Source: Sulfurimonas sp.
Lineage (GTDB): Bacteria > Campylobacterota > Campylobacteria > Campylobacterales > Sulfurimonadaceae
Assembly (NCBI GenBank): GCA_027063645.1
Contig: JAMORK010000037.1
Span: 4,200 to 68,199 of the forward strand
DNA length: 64,000 nucleotides
Direction: 5' to 3'
Under the pieces are notes generated by a model. It saw only the letters and a program-made list of their open reading frames with translations. It was not told the origin of the DNA and did not search any database. Shown piece by piece: positions 29,320 through 39,349 of this stretch (position 1 is its first letter; each line of letters starts with the position of its first letter). Made by a program: the position numbers and the translations under genes.

Positions 29320-31134
29320 ATGTCTTATACAAAAGCACAAAAAGAGAAGCTCTCTAAGCTTGATATCCATACTCTAAGTGAACTCGCTCTTTGCATTCCA
29401 CACTCTTATGAAGATTATAGAATTCATGACACACTTCAAGAACATAAAGCTCAACTTATTGATGCAACAATAGAGTCAGTGTTTCGTGCTCCAAACTCCA
29501 TACAAATCACCTTTTTTGCTCACAATTTTGGCTTTAAAATTACAGGGGTACTTTTTCGCCCTAAGCCATATATGATGCACCAGTTTCAAGAGGGAAGTAG
29601 AGATTATTTTTATGGAGTTATAGAGTGTAAGATGGGGCATTGTAGTATGAGTATGCCTAAAAAAATCACAACTATTGGCTCAATTACCCCTAAATACAAA
29701 ACAGCTCTTAGAACCGATGTGATGTTGCGTTTTGTAGGGGCTAATTTGAGTGAAGAGAGTTTAGAAAAAGAGGGGTTGAAAAAAGAGATAGCAAAAGAGC
29801 TTCTTCATTTACATTTTCCGACATCGGAGCTTAACACAAAAGAGCTAAACCCACAAACTCTTTATGCCTTAAAATATACAGAGCTTTTTGTTTATATGAA
29901 ACAACTCTCTGCAAAACGAAGATACTTTGAATCTCTTGTGCATTTAGATGCTAGTTATCGAGAGTGGGCAGAGCAACTCCCTTTTACTTTGACACCTGAG
30001 CAGATAGATACAATTAATGATATACAAACAGATTTTGCAAAGCCAATAGCATCGAAAAGGATGGTGGTTGGTGATGTTGGAAGTGGAAAAACAATGGTGA
30101 TTTTAGCCTCGGCTTATATGATGGCACAAAATCGCTCTATTCTTATGGCACCCACAACTATTTTGGCAAAACAAATCTATGAGGAAGCACAAAAGTTTCT
30201 TCCTACATTAAGAGTTACACTAGTAACAAATAAAACAAAAAAAGTAGATTTAAGCGAGTATGATTTTATCATCGGTACTCATGCCCTTTTATATAGAGAT
30301 TTACCACAAACTGCACTAGTTATGGTAGATGAACAACATCGTTTTGGAACACAGCAGAGAAATATGCTTGAAAAACTAGTAAGTGAAAGGGAAAAAAAGC
30401 CCCATTTCATACAATTCTCAGCTACCCCAATTCCAAGAACACAGGCTATGATAGAAACAGCTCACATTGATGTAAGCCTTATAACCTCTACCCCTTTTAA
30501 AAAAGATATAGACTCAACAGTGATTCATAAAAGAGATTTCCCCTCTTTAATTGAGCAGATAAAAAGTGAGATAGCTAAGGGAAATCAGGTTTTACTAGTC
30601 TACCCTTTAGTGGAGCAAAGCGAACTCTTAGAATATCAAAGTATAGATGAGGCACGAGGCTATTGGGAAAAGCATTTTAGTAATGTTTATGTGACTCATG
30701 GTAAAGATAAAGACAAAGAGCAGGTCTTAGAAGATTTTAGAGAGAGTGGAGATATATTAATAGCAACTACTGTAGTGGAGGTGGGTATCTCATTGCCTCG
30801 ACTCAGTACTGTCGTTATTGTTGGGGCTGAGAGGTTAGGTCTCTCAACACTTCATCAACTCCGTGGACGAGTAAGTCGTACAGGACTGAAAGGCTACTGC
30901 TTTTTATATACAAATAAAGAAAAATCTCAAAGATTAGATGAATTTGTAAAGACTACAAGTGGGTTTGATATAGCTAATTTGGATCTGAAGTTTAGAAAAA
31001 GTGGAGACCTACTCAAGGGAGTAAGTCAAAGTGGCTCTCAGTTTAAGTGGATAAGTCTCGCAGAAGATAGTGAAATTGTGAAAGAGGTAAAAAAAGATTT
31101 AGACAATCTTTCTACGAAGGCCTACTCGCAATAA
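29320..31134 (+). CDS. recG: ATP-dependent DNA helicase RecG
   Basis: GDVGSGKT, MAPT, IGTHAL, DEQHRFG, SATPIPRT, ATTVVEVG, LHQLRGRVSR. Confidence 0.96.
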   Translation: MSYTKAQKEKLSKLDIHTLSELALCIPHSYEDYRIHDTLQEHKAQLIDATIESVFRAPNSIQITFFAHNFGFKITGVLFRPKPYMMHQFQEGSRDYFYGVIECKMGHCSMSMPKKITTIGSITPKYKTALRTDVMLRFVGANLSEESLEKEGLKKEIAKELLHLHFPTSELNTKELNPQTLYALKYTELFVYMKQLSAKRRYFESLVHLDASYREWAEQLPFTLTPEQIDTINDIQTDFAKPIASKRMVVGDVGSGKTMVILASAYMMAQNRSILMAPTTILAKQIYEEAQKFLPTLRVTLVTNKTKKVDLSEYDFIIGTHALLYRDLPQTALVMVDEQHRFGTQQRNMLEKLVSEREKKPHFIQFSATPIPRTQAMIETAHIDVSLITSTPFKKDIDSTVIHKRDFPSLIEQIKSEIAKGNQVLLVYPLVEQSELLEYQSIDEARGYWEKHFSNVYVTHGKDKDKEQVLEDFRESGDILIATTVVEVGISLPRLSTVVIVGAERLGLSTLHQLRGRVSRTGLKGYCFLYTNKEKSQRLDEFVKTTSGFDIANLDLKFRKSGDLLKGVSQSGSQFKWISLAEDSEIVKEVKKDLDNLSTKAYSQ

Positions 31135-32446
31135 AACGTAGCCAGATAAAGCCAAAAAGACCAGCAAAAAGTGAAGCAGATAAGATACCCACTTTTGCTT
31201 GAAATATAAGTGCCTCATTACCAACAAAGGCTAAATCGGCTACAAAGATACTCATAGTAAAACCGATACCACCTAAAAAGGCTACACCAAAGATTTGGCT
31301 CATGGTACTCTCTTGTGGTAGTTTAGCAATTTTGAGTTTTATAGCAAGCCATGCCACCCCAGCAATACCTAGTACTTTTCCCAAGACAAGCCCAGCAATA
31401 ATACCTAAAGAAACAGGCTCAATAATTGTAGATGAGATGGAGGAGAAATCTATAGCAATCCCAGCATTAGCAAGTGCAAATAGTGGAATAATAATAAGAC
31501 TCACCGGAAGATGCAAATCATGTTCAAGTTTCGCAGATGGAGTACTCACTGAATCAATAGTATCTTTGATGTTTAGCAAGATCGCTTTTTGATTTTCATG
31601 CATAGTGTGGTCTGTAGCTACTGGGTAGTTGTCATACTCATCAAGAAGATTTCTCGTATGTGCTGTAAAAGATGTAGGGGTGAGTTTTGGACGAGATGGG
31701 ATAGTAAGTGCAGCTATAACACCTGCTATGGTCGCATGTACACCAGATTCAAGCATAAAAAACCACATAAAAATCCCCACTATAAAATAGGGGAGTATCG
31801 CATGGATACCAAAACGGTTAAAAAGGATCATGATACCAAACATGGCACCTGCAAGACTAAGAGCTAAAAAGTGAATCTGGTCAGTATAAAAAATAGCAAT
31901 CACTAAAACAGCACCTAAATCATCTACGATCGCTAGAGCAACTAAAAAGGTGACAAGAGCAGGGGAGATACGTTTGCCAAGAAGGACAAGAGCACTAATT
32001 GCAAAGGCAATATCTGTCGCCATAGGGATACCCCATCCAGAAGCACCCTCTCCCCCTTGATTGATGCTTATGTAGATGAGAGCAGGAAGTGCCATACCAC
32101 CAATAGCAGCAAGGATAGGGAGGATAGCAACTTTAATATTAGAGAGTTCACCTACAAGAATTTCCCGTTTTATCTCTAACCCTATCATAAAGAAAAAGAC
32201 TGCCATAAGACCGTCATTTATCCAATGATGGAGGGTATGGGAGAGTTTCCAATCCCCTACATTAAAGTCAATTTTTGTATGGAAAACATGACTGTAGAGG
32301 TCTGCAAAAGGGGAGTTAGCAAGGATAAGTGCAACCACTGTCATAAGCATTAAGACTAAACCAGTAGTAGTTTGGGAGTGTAAAAAGTGTTCAAAAGGGG
32401 TAGCTATCTTTTCAAAGGCTTTTTCCCAAGGTGCATAGAGTTTCAT
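31112..32446 (-). CDS. nhaA: Na+/H+ antiporter NhaA
   Basis: WINDGLMAVFF, GWGIPMATDIAFA, LAIVDDLGA, SGVHATIAGV, GIGFTMSIF. Confidence 0.97.
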   Translation of the reverse strand: MKLYAPWEKAFEKIATPFEHFLHSQTTTGLVLMLMTVVALILANSPFADLYSHVFHTKIDFNVGDWKLSHTLHHWINDGLMAVFFFMIGLEIKREILVGELSNIKVAILPILAAIGGMALPALIYISINQGGEGASGWGIPMATDIAFAISALVLLGKRISPALVTFLVALAIVDDLGAVLVIAIFYTDQIHFLALSLAGAMFGIMILFNRFGIHAILPYFIVGIFMWFFMLESGVHATIAGVIAALTIPSRPKLTPTSFTAHTRNLLDEYDNYPVATDHTMHENQKAILLNIKDTIDSVSTPSAKLEHDLHLPVSLIIIPLFALANAGIAIDFSSISSTIIEPVSLGIIAGLVLGKVLGIAGVAWLAIKLKIAKLPQESTMSQIFGVAFLGGIGFTMSIFVADLAFVGNEALIFQAKVGILSASLFAGLFGFIWLRFIASRPS

Positions 32447-32472
32447 TTCTTTTTCCTTAATATATTGTATCT

Positions 32473-32481
32473 ATTATAACA
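32473..32481 (-). promoter_or_regulatory. Extended -10 promoter for nhaA
   Basis: Minus-strand TGTTATAAT about 27 nt upstream of the nhaA ATG; SD AAGGA present. Confidence 0.55.
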
Positions 32482-32520
32482 AAGAAGAGAAAAATTAAAA
32501 AATCTTTGTATAATTTGTCT

Positions 32521-33687
32521 ATGAATTTACAAGACTTACAAGCAAAAACACTTTTTATGTTTGGAAAACCACGTGCTTTTTCCCATGCGGAGTTTCAATC
32601 TCAAATACAACATCACAAACTCAATTTTGTAGAGGAGTACCATGAAGATGTAGACCTTTTAATTGAGGGCAGGATGATGACTCCTTATGAGCAAAATTTG
32701 AGTGATGACTTGTACGAAAATAAAAAGATAGAATCTATCAGTATTGATGTCTTTGAAAAAGTATTAGCAGGCTCATTAGAGGATGATACACTTCTTATGA
32801 GCTTAAAACTCTCACATGATAAAGAGCGACTTAAGAGCTTTTTACAAAACTCTTGCATCTCTAATAGTTTGTTTCTAAAACTTGTAAAGCTTTACTCTTG
32901 GAGTGGGGAAGATTTTTTTGAAAATGATGACAACCGTGATGTGAGTGCTGCATTTATCTCGCGTTTTTATGAAAATATAGAGAGAAATCATAATGTTCAG
33001 TATGCAACAAGTGGCTTTATACAACTGGTCTCACAAGCCAAGTCATCTGAGATTCTTCAGGCAATTGCAGATTTAGAGCCTTTATCGTATCATCCAAAGA
33101 TTATGATGGCTATTGCTATGAGTAAGTATTGTGATGAGAAGATGCAAAAAAAATTGCATAAAAAACGCGATGAGCAGATAGATGAGGCTCTCTCTTTCAA
33201 CAAAAACCTCTCTTTAGCTCTTGTAGATGGGTTTATGAAAGAGAAGACTCTTGGATCTAATATTGCAAAAAGTAGAGAACTTGATACTAGCTTATTTGAA
33301 AAGTTACAAAACTTTGCTCCTCATTTGGCCTCGAATCCAAGTTTAACTTTAAAGATGCAAGAGCAACTTTTAGACTTTAATGAGCTAGAGATCTATTTAG
33401 CACTTGCACATAATCCCAATCTCAAAGAGAGTCTACTTAAAAAGCTTTTAGAAGTAGAAAATGAGTGCATAGTATCAGCCTTATATGAAAACCATGCAAT
33501 GCCTGTAAATTTTCTTGAAGAGGCTTATAAAGAGGGGAAATATTATGCATCTCTTGCAAAAAATGAAAATACACCAGTAGAGATTTTATACCAGCTACAA
33601 CTCGATAGTAGGTATGAACGCTATGTGAAAACAAATAGAGCATTTGGGAAGCATATACAGAGTGAAAATATAGGATGGTTAGTATAG
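32521..33687 (+). CDS. Hypothetical protein: N-terminal BRCT-like segment plus C-terminal LRV/HEAT-like repeats
   Basis: ATG 32521 lies 6 nt after TATAAT (32509-32514). Repeats ALSFNKNL, LASNPSL, LAHNPNL, LYENHAM, LAKNENTP. N-terminal KTLFMFGK...EF...I......V.....DVDLLIEG is BRCT-like. Confidence 0.6.
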   Translation: MNLQDLQAKTLFMFGKPRAFSHAEFQSQIQHHKLNFVEEYHEDVDLLIEGRMMTPYEQNLSDDLYENKKIESISIDVFEKVLAGSLEDDTLLMSLKLSHDKERLKSFLQNSCISNSLFLKLVKLYSWSGEDFFENDDNRDVSAAFISRFYENIERNHNVQYATSGFIQLVSQAKSSEILQAIADLEPLSYHPKIMMAIAMSKYCDEKMQKKLHKKRDEQIDEALSFNKNLSLALVDGFMKEKTLGSNIAKSRELDTSLFEKLQNFAPHLASNPSLTLKMQEQLLDFNELEIYLALAHNPNLKESLLKKLLEVENECIVSALYENHAMPVNFLEEAYKEGKYYASLAKNENTPVEILYQLQLDSRYERYVKTNRAFGKHIQSENIGWLV

Positions 33688-34677
33688 ATGAGAGCAAAAG
33701 AGTTAAAACAAAACATACAAGCGCTAAGTGAGCAGCGAGTACCTACCTTTCTTTGGGGTGCTCCAGGGATTGGAAAATCTTCAATAGTGAAACAGATTGC
33801 AAAAGAGAAAGGGATAGGGTTTATTGACCTGCGTTTAGCATTGATGGATCCAACTGACCTTAAGGGGATCCCTTTTTATGACAAAGAGAGCCATAGTGCA
33901 CTTTGGGCACCTCCTGCATTTTTACCTCGTGAGGGTGAGGGGATTTTATTTTTAGATGAATTAAATTCTGCTGCACCATCTGTACAAGCATCAGCTTATC
34001 AGCTTATACTTGATAGAGCAGTAGGTGAGTATAGGCTTCCTGATGGCTGGGCAATAGTAGCTGCTGGAAATCGTGAGGGTGATAGAGGTGTAACATATAG
34101 AATGCCTGCTCCTCTTGCAAACCGTTTTGTTCATTTTGAGATGGAGGTGAGTGTTGATGATTGGAGAGACTGGGCTTATATAAAAGAGCTTGATAATAGG
34201 ATAATTGCCTATATATCTTCTAAACATGAGCACCTCTTTACCTTTGATGCTAAAAGTGAGAGTAAGAGTTTTGCAACACCGCGTTCTTGGGAGTATGTAG
34301 ATAGTATTTTACAAAGTGAAGTGAGTGCTTCAAGCATACTTGAGGTATTAAGTGGTGCTCTAGGGAGAGAGGTAGCTGTGAGTTTTCTCTCCTTTATCAA
34401 AGTGATGGATAGACTTCCTGATATTGATGCTATTTTAGAGGGGAGTTCTCAAGAGTATAGTGAAGAGATAGATGTTTTGTATGCTCTTGCATCAGCTTTA
34501 GTGAGTGGCGTTTTACAAAAAAGAGAGAAACTTGATAATGTGCTAGCTTATACTTTAGAGTTAAAGAGTGAGTTTGCTGTGATGGTTGTACAAGATCTTC
34601 AGCGAAATGGTGTATCTATGGAGCACAGCCCAGTTTTTAAAAAGTGGGTAGAAAAATTTGCTTATCTGTTAGCTTAA
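33688..34677 (+). CDS. MoxR-family AAA+ ATPase
   Basis: Walker A WGAPGIGKS, DLKGIP, Walker B ILFLDE, AAGNR, LANRF, ATPRSWE. Confidence 0.92.
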   Translation: MRAKELKQNIQALSEQRVPTFLWGAPGIGKSSIVKQIAKEKGIGFIDLRLALMDPTDLKGIPFYDKESHSALWAPPAFLPREGEGILFLDELNSAAPSVQASAYQLILDRAVGEYRLPDGWAIVAAGNREGDRGVTYRMPAPLANRFVHFEMEVSVDDWRDWAYIKELDNRIIAYISSKHEHLFTFDAKSESKSFATPRSWEYVDSILQSEVSASSILEVLSGALGREVAVSFLSFIKVMDRLPDIDAILEGSSQEYSEEIDVLYALASALVSGVLQKREKLDNVLAYTLELKSEFAVMVVQDLQRNGVSMEHSPVFKKWVEKFAYLLA

Positions 34678-34679
34678 CG

Positions 34680-35813
34680 ATGCAATTAGATACAAAACTC
34701 TCTCAAGCCAAAGCAAAACTCCTTGTAAATTACCCTTACTTTGGAACACTAGCCTCTAAATTGGAACTTGTTGTCAATGATGATATAGAGAGTTTTAAGA
34801 GTGATGGAAAAAAGTTAGAGTTTAGAGAAGAGTATTTAAATGAACTAGAGCTTAGTGAGGTGGAGTTTATTTTGGCAAATGGGGCTATGCATGCAAGTTT
34901 GGCTCATGAATCTCGTCGGGAAAAACGCAGTGGTTGGCTGTGGCAGATGGCAACAGATATCGCCATCAATGATATGCTTTTAGAAAATGGTCTTGATATG
35001 CCTTATGGTGCTGAGTATAGAAAAAGATTTAGTGGAATGTATGCTGAGGAGATCTATGCTGAGCTTAAGGCTGATATACTTAGAGATGATGAAGATTTAG
35101 AGTATGAAGCAGACAATGCAGATGAGATAGAGCCAAATGAGAAAGAGGATAAGTCGGAGTTCTCAACTCAGACACAAGAGGAACTTCAAGAGGAGATACT
35201 CCAAGAGCAACTTTTAGCAGAGGAAGCGATTTCGCTTTTAGAGAGTGAACTCAAACGCGGTGATGCACCTCAGAGTATAGAGCGTTTTTTTAAGATAGAT
35301 GGTTTTGGGAAAGTGGATTGGCGAGAGGAGATTCGTATAGCTTTGCAAAAATATTTTTTAGATGATTATACATTACTTCCTCCGAGTAAAAAACTTCTTT
35401 ATGCTGGTATTTATCTTCCTTCAAGTGTTTCACAAACTTTTCGTCTTGTGATTGCCATAGACTCTTCTGGTTCTGTAGATGAAGAGCTTCTAAGTCAGTT
35501 TCTTACAGAGGTGAATTTTTTGATGAGTTTAGTATCTCGTTATGAGATTGAGCTTTTAGTATGTGATGATAAGATACACTCCCATAAAACTTTTTATAGT
35601 GGGGATAGTTTGAGTGTAGATTTGCAAGGGGGTGGAGGTACTGACTTTCGTCCTGTATTTTCGTATATCGAAGAAAATTTTGATGATGTGAAACTTCTTT
35701 TATATTTTACAGATTTAGAAGGGTTTTTCCCAAAAGAGCAAAGCTCTTATGAGGTGAAGTGGGTGAGTCATAAAAGTAAAGATGTCCCTTTTGGAGAGGT
35801 GATACTTATCTAA
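34680..35813 (+). CDS. DUF2201-type protein: metallopeptidase-like N-domain plus vWA domain
   Basis: ATG 34680. A.D.AIN motif (ATDIAIND), AEEIY, MIDAS AIDSSGS, GGGGTDFRPVF, YFTD. The HExxH position reads NGAMH. Confidence 0.85.
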   Translation: MQLDTKLSQAKAKLLVNYPYFGTLASKLELVVNDDIESFKSDGKKLEFREEYLNELELSEVEFILANGAMHASLAHESRREKRSGWLWQMATDIAINDMLLENGLDMPYGAEYRKRFSGMYAEEIYAELKADILRDDEDLEYEADNADEIEPNEKEDKSEFSTQTQEELQEEILQEQLLAEEAISLLESELKRGDAPQSIERFFKIDGFGKVDWREEIRIALQKYFLDDYTLLPPSKKLLYAGIYLPSSVSQTFRLVIAIDSSGSVDEELLSQFLTEVNFLMSLVSRYEIELLVCDDKIHSHKTFYSGDSLSVDLQGGGGTDFRPVFSYIEENFDDVKLLLYFTDLEGFFPKEQSSYEVKWVSHKSKDVPFGEVILI

Positions 35814-37050
35814 AAACTACCTGATTTTTGCCATTGTTTTTTGCATTATAGAGCATCATATCAGCAAGATTTATAGTTTCATCAAGGGTATCTTCTGTAT
35901 GAAGTGTTGCCCCTATAGAGATCGTAAATTGAATATACTTCTCATTTTCTAAATTTAAAGTATAAGAAGCAACCTCTTGACGGATACGTTCTAAGATATC
36001 ATTTGCACTATAGCGATTGATGTTTTTTAAGACAATACAAAACTCTTCTCCACCAAAACGTGAGACCAAGTCTCTATAGCTTGTTGCAGAACTTAGAACC
36101 TCTGCAAGATGTACAATAACCTTATCTCCTATATCATGACCATATTTATCATTAATCTTTTTAAAATCATCAATATCTACCATAGCTACAGCGAACTGTT
36201 CTCCTGTTTGTGATATTGATTCCATATACTCTTGCATACTATCGTAAAAATAGCGACGATTATAAAGTCCAGTAAGGTAATCACGATTTGCATGGTTTGT
36301 AATGATATGGATATTTTCAAGTGCTTCGATTGCATTATTGATACGACAAGAAAACTCCTCTTTAGAAAATGGTTTTTTAATGTAATCATTAGCACCATAT
36401 TTTAAAAATAGTGCATTGATCTCTTCATCTTGATGTCCAGATATCGCGATGATACAAAGGTCATTTTTAGATTTTTGTTTGCGTATTTCATAGACTAAGT
36501 CTAAGCCATTCATCACTGGCATATTGTAATCTGTTATCACTAAAGAGATGTCTGGATGAGTGTTGAGCATGCCAAGAGCTTCTTCTCCATGGGCAACAGT
36601 GTAAACATTATAAAAAAGATTTTTTAAAAATCCATTCATCTGCTTACGAAAAACCATGGAATCATCAACAACTAAAACCTTATGTTTTCGATTTTTGTCG
36701 AGTCTATCTATGGTGTGTATGATGTAGTTGATATCATCAACACCACCTTTATTGACATAATCAATAATGTTCTTTTTAAGAATTTTTTTGCGAAACTCTT
36801 TATCGATGTTTGCACTAAGGACTATGGCATGTTGCCCTTTACTTAGAACATAGTCTACTATTTCACCATCTGGAGCATCTGGAAGGTTGATATCAAGGAG
36901 GGTGATGAAGTAGTCATACTTATGTAAAAATAGTTTTGCTTCAGAGAGTTTATAAGCGATATCCACTTCAAACTTGAGTGAGGCTTGCAGTTTTTTTGTG
37001 ATGAGGTTTGCTAAAGTTTTATTGTCTTCAACGATGAGGATACGTTCCAT
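35806..37050 (-). CDS. REC-REC-GGDEF diguanylate cyclase response regulator (CbrR-like)
   Basis: Two receiver domains (LIVEDN..LLDINLPD; LVVDDS..ITDYNMP..KKPF), DYLTGLYNRR, RFGGEEF. Confidence 0.9.
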   Translation of the reverse strand: MERILIVEDNKTLANLITKKLQASLKFEVDIAYKLSEAKLFLHKYDYFITLLDINLPDAPDGEIVDYVLSKGQHAIVLSANIDKEFRKKILKKNIIDYVNKGGVDDINYIIHTIDRLDKNRKHKVLVVDDSMVFRKQMNGFLKNLFYNVYTVAHGEEALGMLNTHPDISLVITDYNMPVMNGLDLVYEIRKQKSKNDLCIIAISGHQDEEINALFLKYGANDYIKKPFSKEEFSCRINNAIEALENIHIITNHANRDYLTGLYNRRYFYDSMQEYMESISQTGEQFAVAMVDIDDFKKINDKYGHDIGDKVIVHLAEVLSSATSYRDLVSRFGGEEFCIVLKNINRYSANDILERIRQEVASYTLNLENEKYIQFTISIGATLHTEDTLDETINLADMMLYNAKNNGKNQVVFR

Positions 37051-37131
37051 ATACTTAGAACTCCATTATGAGATAAGGTGATTATATAGGAGTTTATCTG
37101 TTTTTATAGTAAATATTGTTAAAATGTATAG

Positions 37132-38397
37132 ATGAATTATTTAGATGTTACTATTGATAAGCTTCAAAGGGGGCAAAATGTTTTTTTAACCGGTGGTGCC
37201 GGTGTTGGAAAAACTACAATCACTACTCAGGTGATACAAAATTTTGAATCAGAAGCTAAAAGAGTAGCAAAACTTGCCTCAACAGGGATGGCAGCAACCC
37301 TTATTGGAGGGCAGACACTTCATAGCTTTTTTGATCTTGGTATAGCAGAAAATGTAGAAAAACTACAAGCTAATGGTAAGTACGAGATCAAAAAGAAAAT
37401 CAAAAAGCTTATCGCTTCTATGGACCTTATCGTGATAGATGAGATTAGTATGGTAAGTGATACACTCTTTGAGATGATTGCATTAAGACTACACCAAGCA
37501 GATTTTGATGGCGTTTTAATGGTTGTTGGAGACTTTTTGCAACTACCTCCTGTCGTTAGAGGTGTACAAGAGGTACATTTTGCTTTTGAATCTTTAGCTT
37601 GGCAAGAGATGGATTTTATCAAGGTAGAGTTGACACATATCTATAGAACTGATGATGTAACATTTATAGAACTACTTCACCATGTTCGCTTTGGATATGT
37701 GGATGAAGATGTGCACAATAGACTCAACACCTACATCAAACCTCTTCCAAACGATTATAAACACTTTACTTTCCTTTTTGGAAAAAATATCTCCGCAGAT
37801 AAACACAATAAAAGAGAGCTTGATTCAATAGAGGGTGAGCTTTTTGTCAGAGAAGCTCAGGTAATAAAGCATCTCAAGTCAACGAAAGAGAGTGATATAG
37901 AGCGTTTTATGAACGATGCAAGGATAGAAAAAGAGCTGCATCTCAAGATAGGTGCACCGGTTCTTTTTACAAGAAACTCTTGGAACTATTTTAATGGAGA
38001 ACGCGGTGAAATAGTCAATATAGATGAGAGTTGTATCTATGTCAAAAAGAGTGATGCCAAGATTATAAAACTAGAACCAACTGCACAAAGTAAGGCAAGA
38101 TGGAGTGAAAAGAGTGTCGCTGGTAAAAAAGAGCTTGTTGAGGAGAACCTGTTTAGTGTCTATCAGTTTCCTATAAAATTGGCCTTTGGTATCACCATCC
38201 ATAAGTCACAAGGGATGTCTATAGCAGATCTGATTATAGAAACCAATGAGATCTTTGCTCCTTCACAGTTTTATGTAGCACTCTCAAGAACCTCAAATCC
38301 AAGAAACCTGAACCTTATTGCTCCAAGAAGACAGTGGCATGAGCTTATCTATGTTGATTCTAAAGCTATGAATTTTGTAAAAGGTAAAAATTGTTAA
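37132..38397 (+). CDS. PIF1-family (SF1B) DNA helicase
   Basis: FLTGGAGVGKT, ASTGMAA..IGGQTLHSFF, IDEISM, GDFLQLPPV, QFPIKLAFGITIHKSQGMS, YVALSR. Confidence 0.9.
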   Translation: MNYLDVTIDKLQRGQNVFLTGGAGVGKTTITTQVIQNFESEAKRVAKLASTGMAATLIGGQTLHSFFDLGIAENVEKLQANGKYEIKKKIKKLIASMDLIVIDEISMVSDTLFEMIALRLHQADFDGVLMVVGDFLQLPPVVRGVQEVHFAFESLAWQEMDFIKVELTHIYRTDDVTFIELLHHVRFGYVDEDVHNRLNTYIKPLPNDYKHFTFLFGKNISADKHNKRELDSIEGELFVREAQVIKHLKSTKESDIERFMNDARIEKELHLKIGAPVLFTRNSWNYFNGERGEIVNIDESCIYVKKSDAKIIKLEPTAQSKARWSEKSVAGKKELVEENLFSVYQFPIKLAFGITIHKSQGMSIADLIIETNEIFAPSQFYVALSRTSNPRNLNLIAPRRQWHELIYVDSKAMNFVKGKNC

Positions 38398-39287
38398 AGA
38401 ACTTAGATAATGGCATAGTTTTTATGTTGGCTTCAGCACTTATCTCAGCTCTTAATGGTGCACTAGCAAAGATACTCTCTCAAGATATCTCTGCTTTAGA
38501 GATTGTTTTTTTTAGAAATCTTATAGGTGTTGCACTTATATTGTATGCACTCAAGCATACCCCTCCGAAATTAACTGGAGGGAAGATACATCTTCTGTTT
38601 GTTCGAGGCCTTTTTGGGTTTTCTGCTATGATTTTATTTTTTTATACTATCACAACTATACCTCTAGGTGAAGCGATCACACTCAATAAAACTTCACCAT
38701 TTTTTGTAACACTTCTGGCATACTACCTTCTTAAAGAGCATTTGAGTTTTCAAGTGTTTTTAGCTCTTATGATTGGTTTTGTAGGAGTTGTTTTGATTGC
38801 AAAACCATTTGATATGAGTGTCTCTTATGAGCATGTTCTTGGTGTATTGGGTGGGTTTTTTGCTGCAGCTGCCTATACAACCATCAAAAAAATTAAAAAT
38901 ATTTATGATTCACGAGTGATAGTACTCTCTTTTGTAGGGGTGGGAACACTCCTTCCGGCACTCCTTTTTTTAAGTGCTAGTTACATAGAGGCACCAGCAA
39001 GTTTATCTTTCTTATTTCCAGAGTTTATTATGCCAAATTCAGCGACAATTTGGTTGCTCATTGTTTTCATGGCGTTTATCTCAACCCTTTCACAATGGCT
39101 ACTCACAAAAGCTTATAGTGCAACAAATCTTAGTATTGTAGGGGTTATTAGCTATACAAATATCCCTTTTGCCATCGGGTTTGGATATATTTTAGGGGAT
39201 CCTTTCCCGGACAATTACACTTTTTTTGGGATAATATTAATTATCCTTGGAGGTTTTTTAGTTAATGCAAAGAAAACTGGTGTATAA
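38391..39287 (+). CDS. DMT/EamA family transporter
   Basis: About 10 TM segments; EIVFFR, PLGEAITL..TSPFF, LKEH. Confidence 0.88.
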   Translation: MLKNLDNGIVFMLASALISALNGALAKILSQDISALEIVFFRNLIGVALILYALKHTPPKLTGGKIHLLFVRGLFGFSAMILFFYTITTIPLGEAITLNKTSPFFVTLLAYYLLKEHLSFQVFLALMIGFVGVVLIAKPFDMSVSYEHVLGVLGGFFAAAAYTTIKKIKNIYDSRVIVLSFVGVGTLLPALLFLSASYIEAPASLSFLFPEFIMPNSATIWLLIVFMAFISTLSQWLLTKAYSATNLSIVGVISYTNIPFAIGFGYILGDPFPDNYTFFGIILIILGGFLVNAKKTGV

Positions 39288-39349
39288 TTGTTGAAAATAA
39301 ATAGATCCAATGATAGTGTAGTGTATATATAATTAAAGAGGGGCATACA

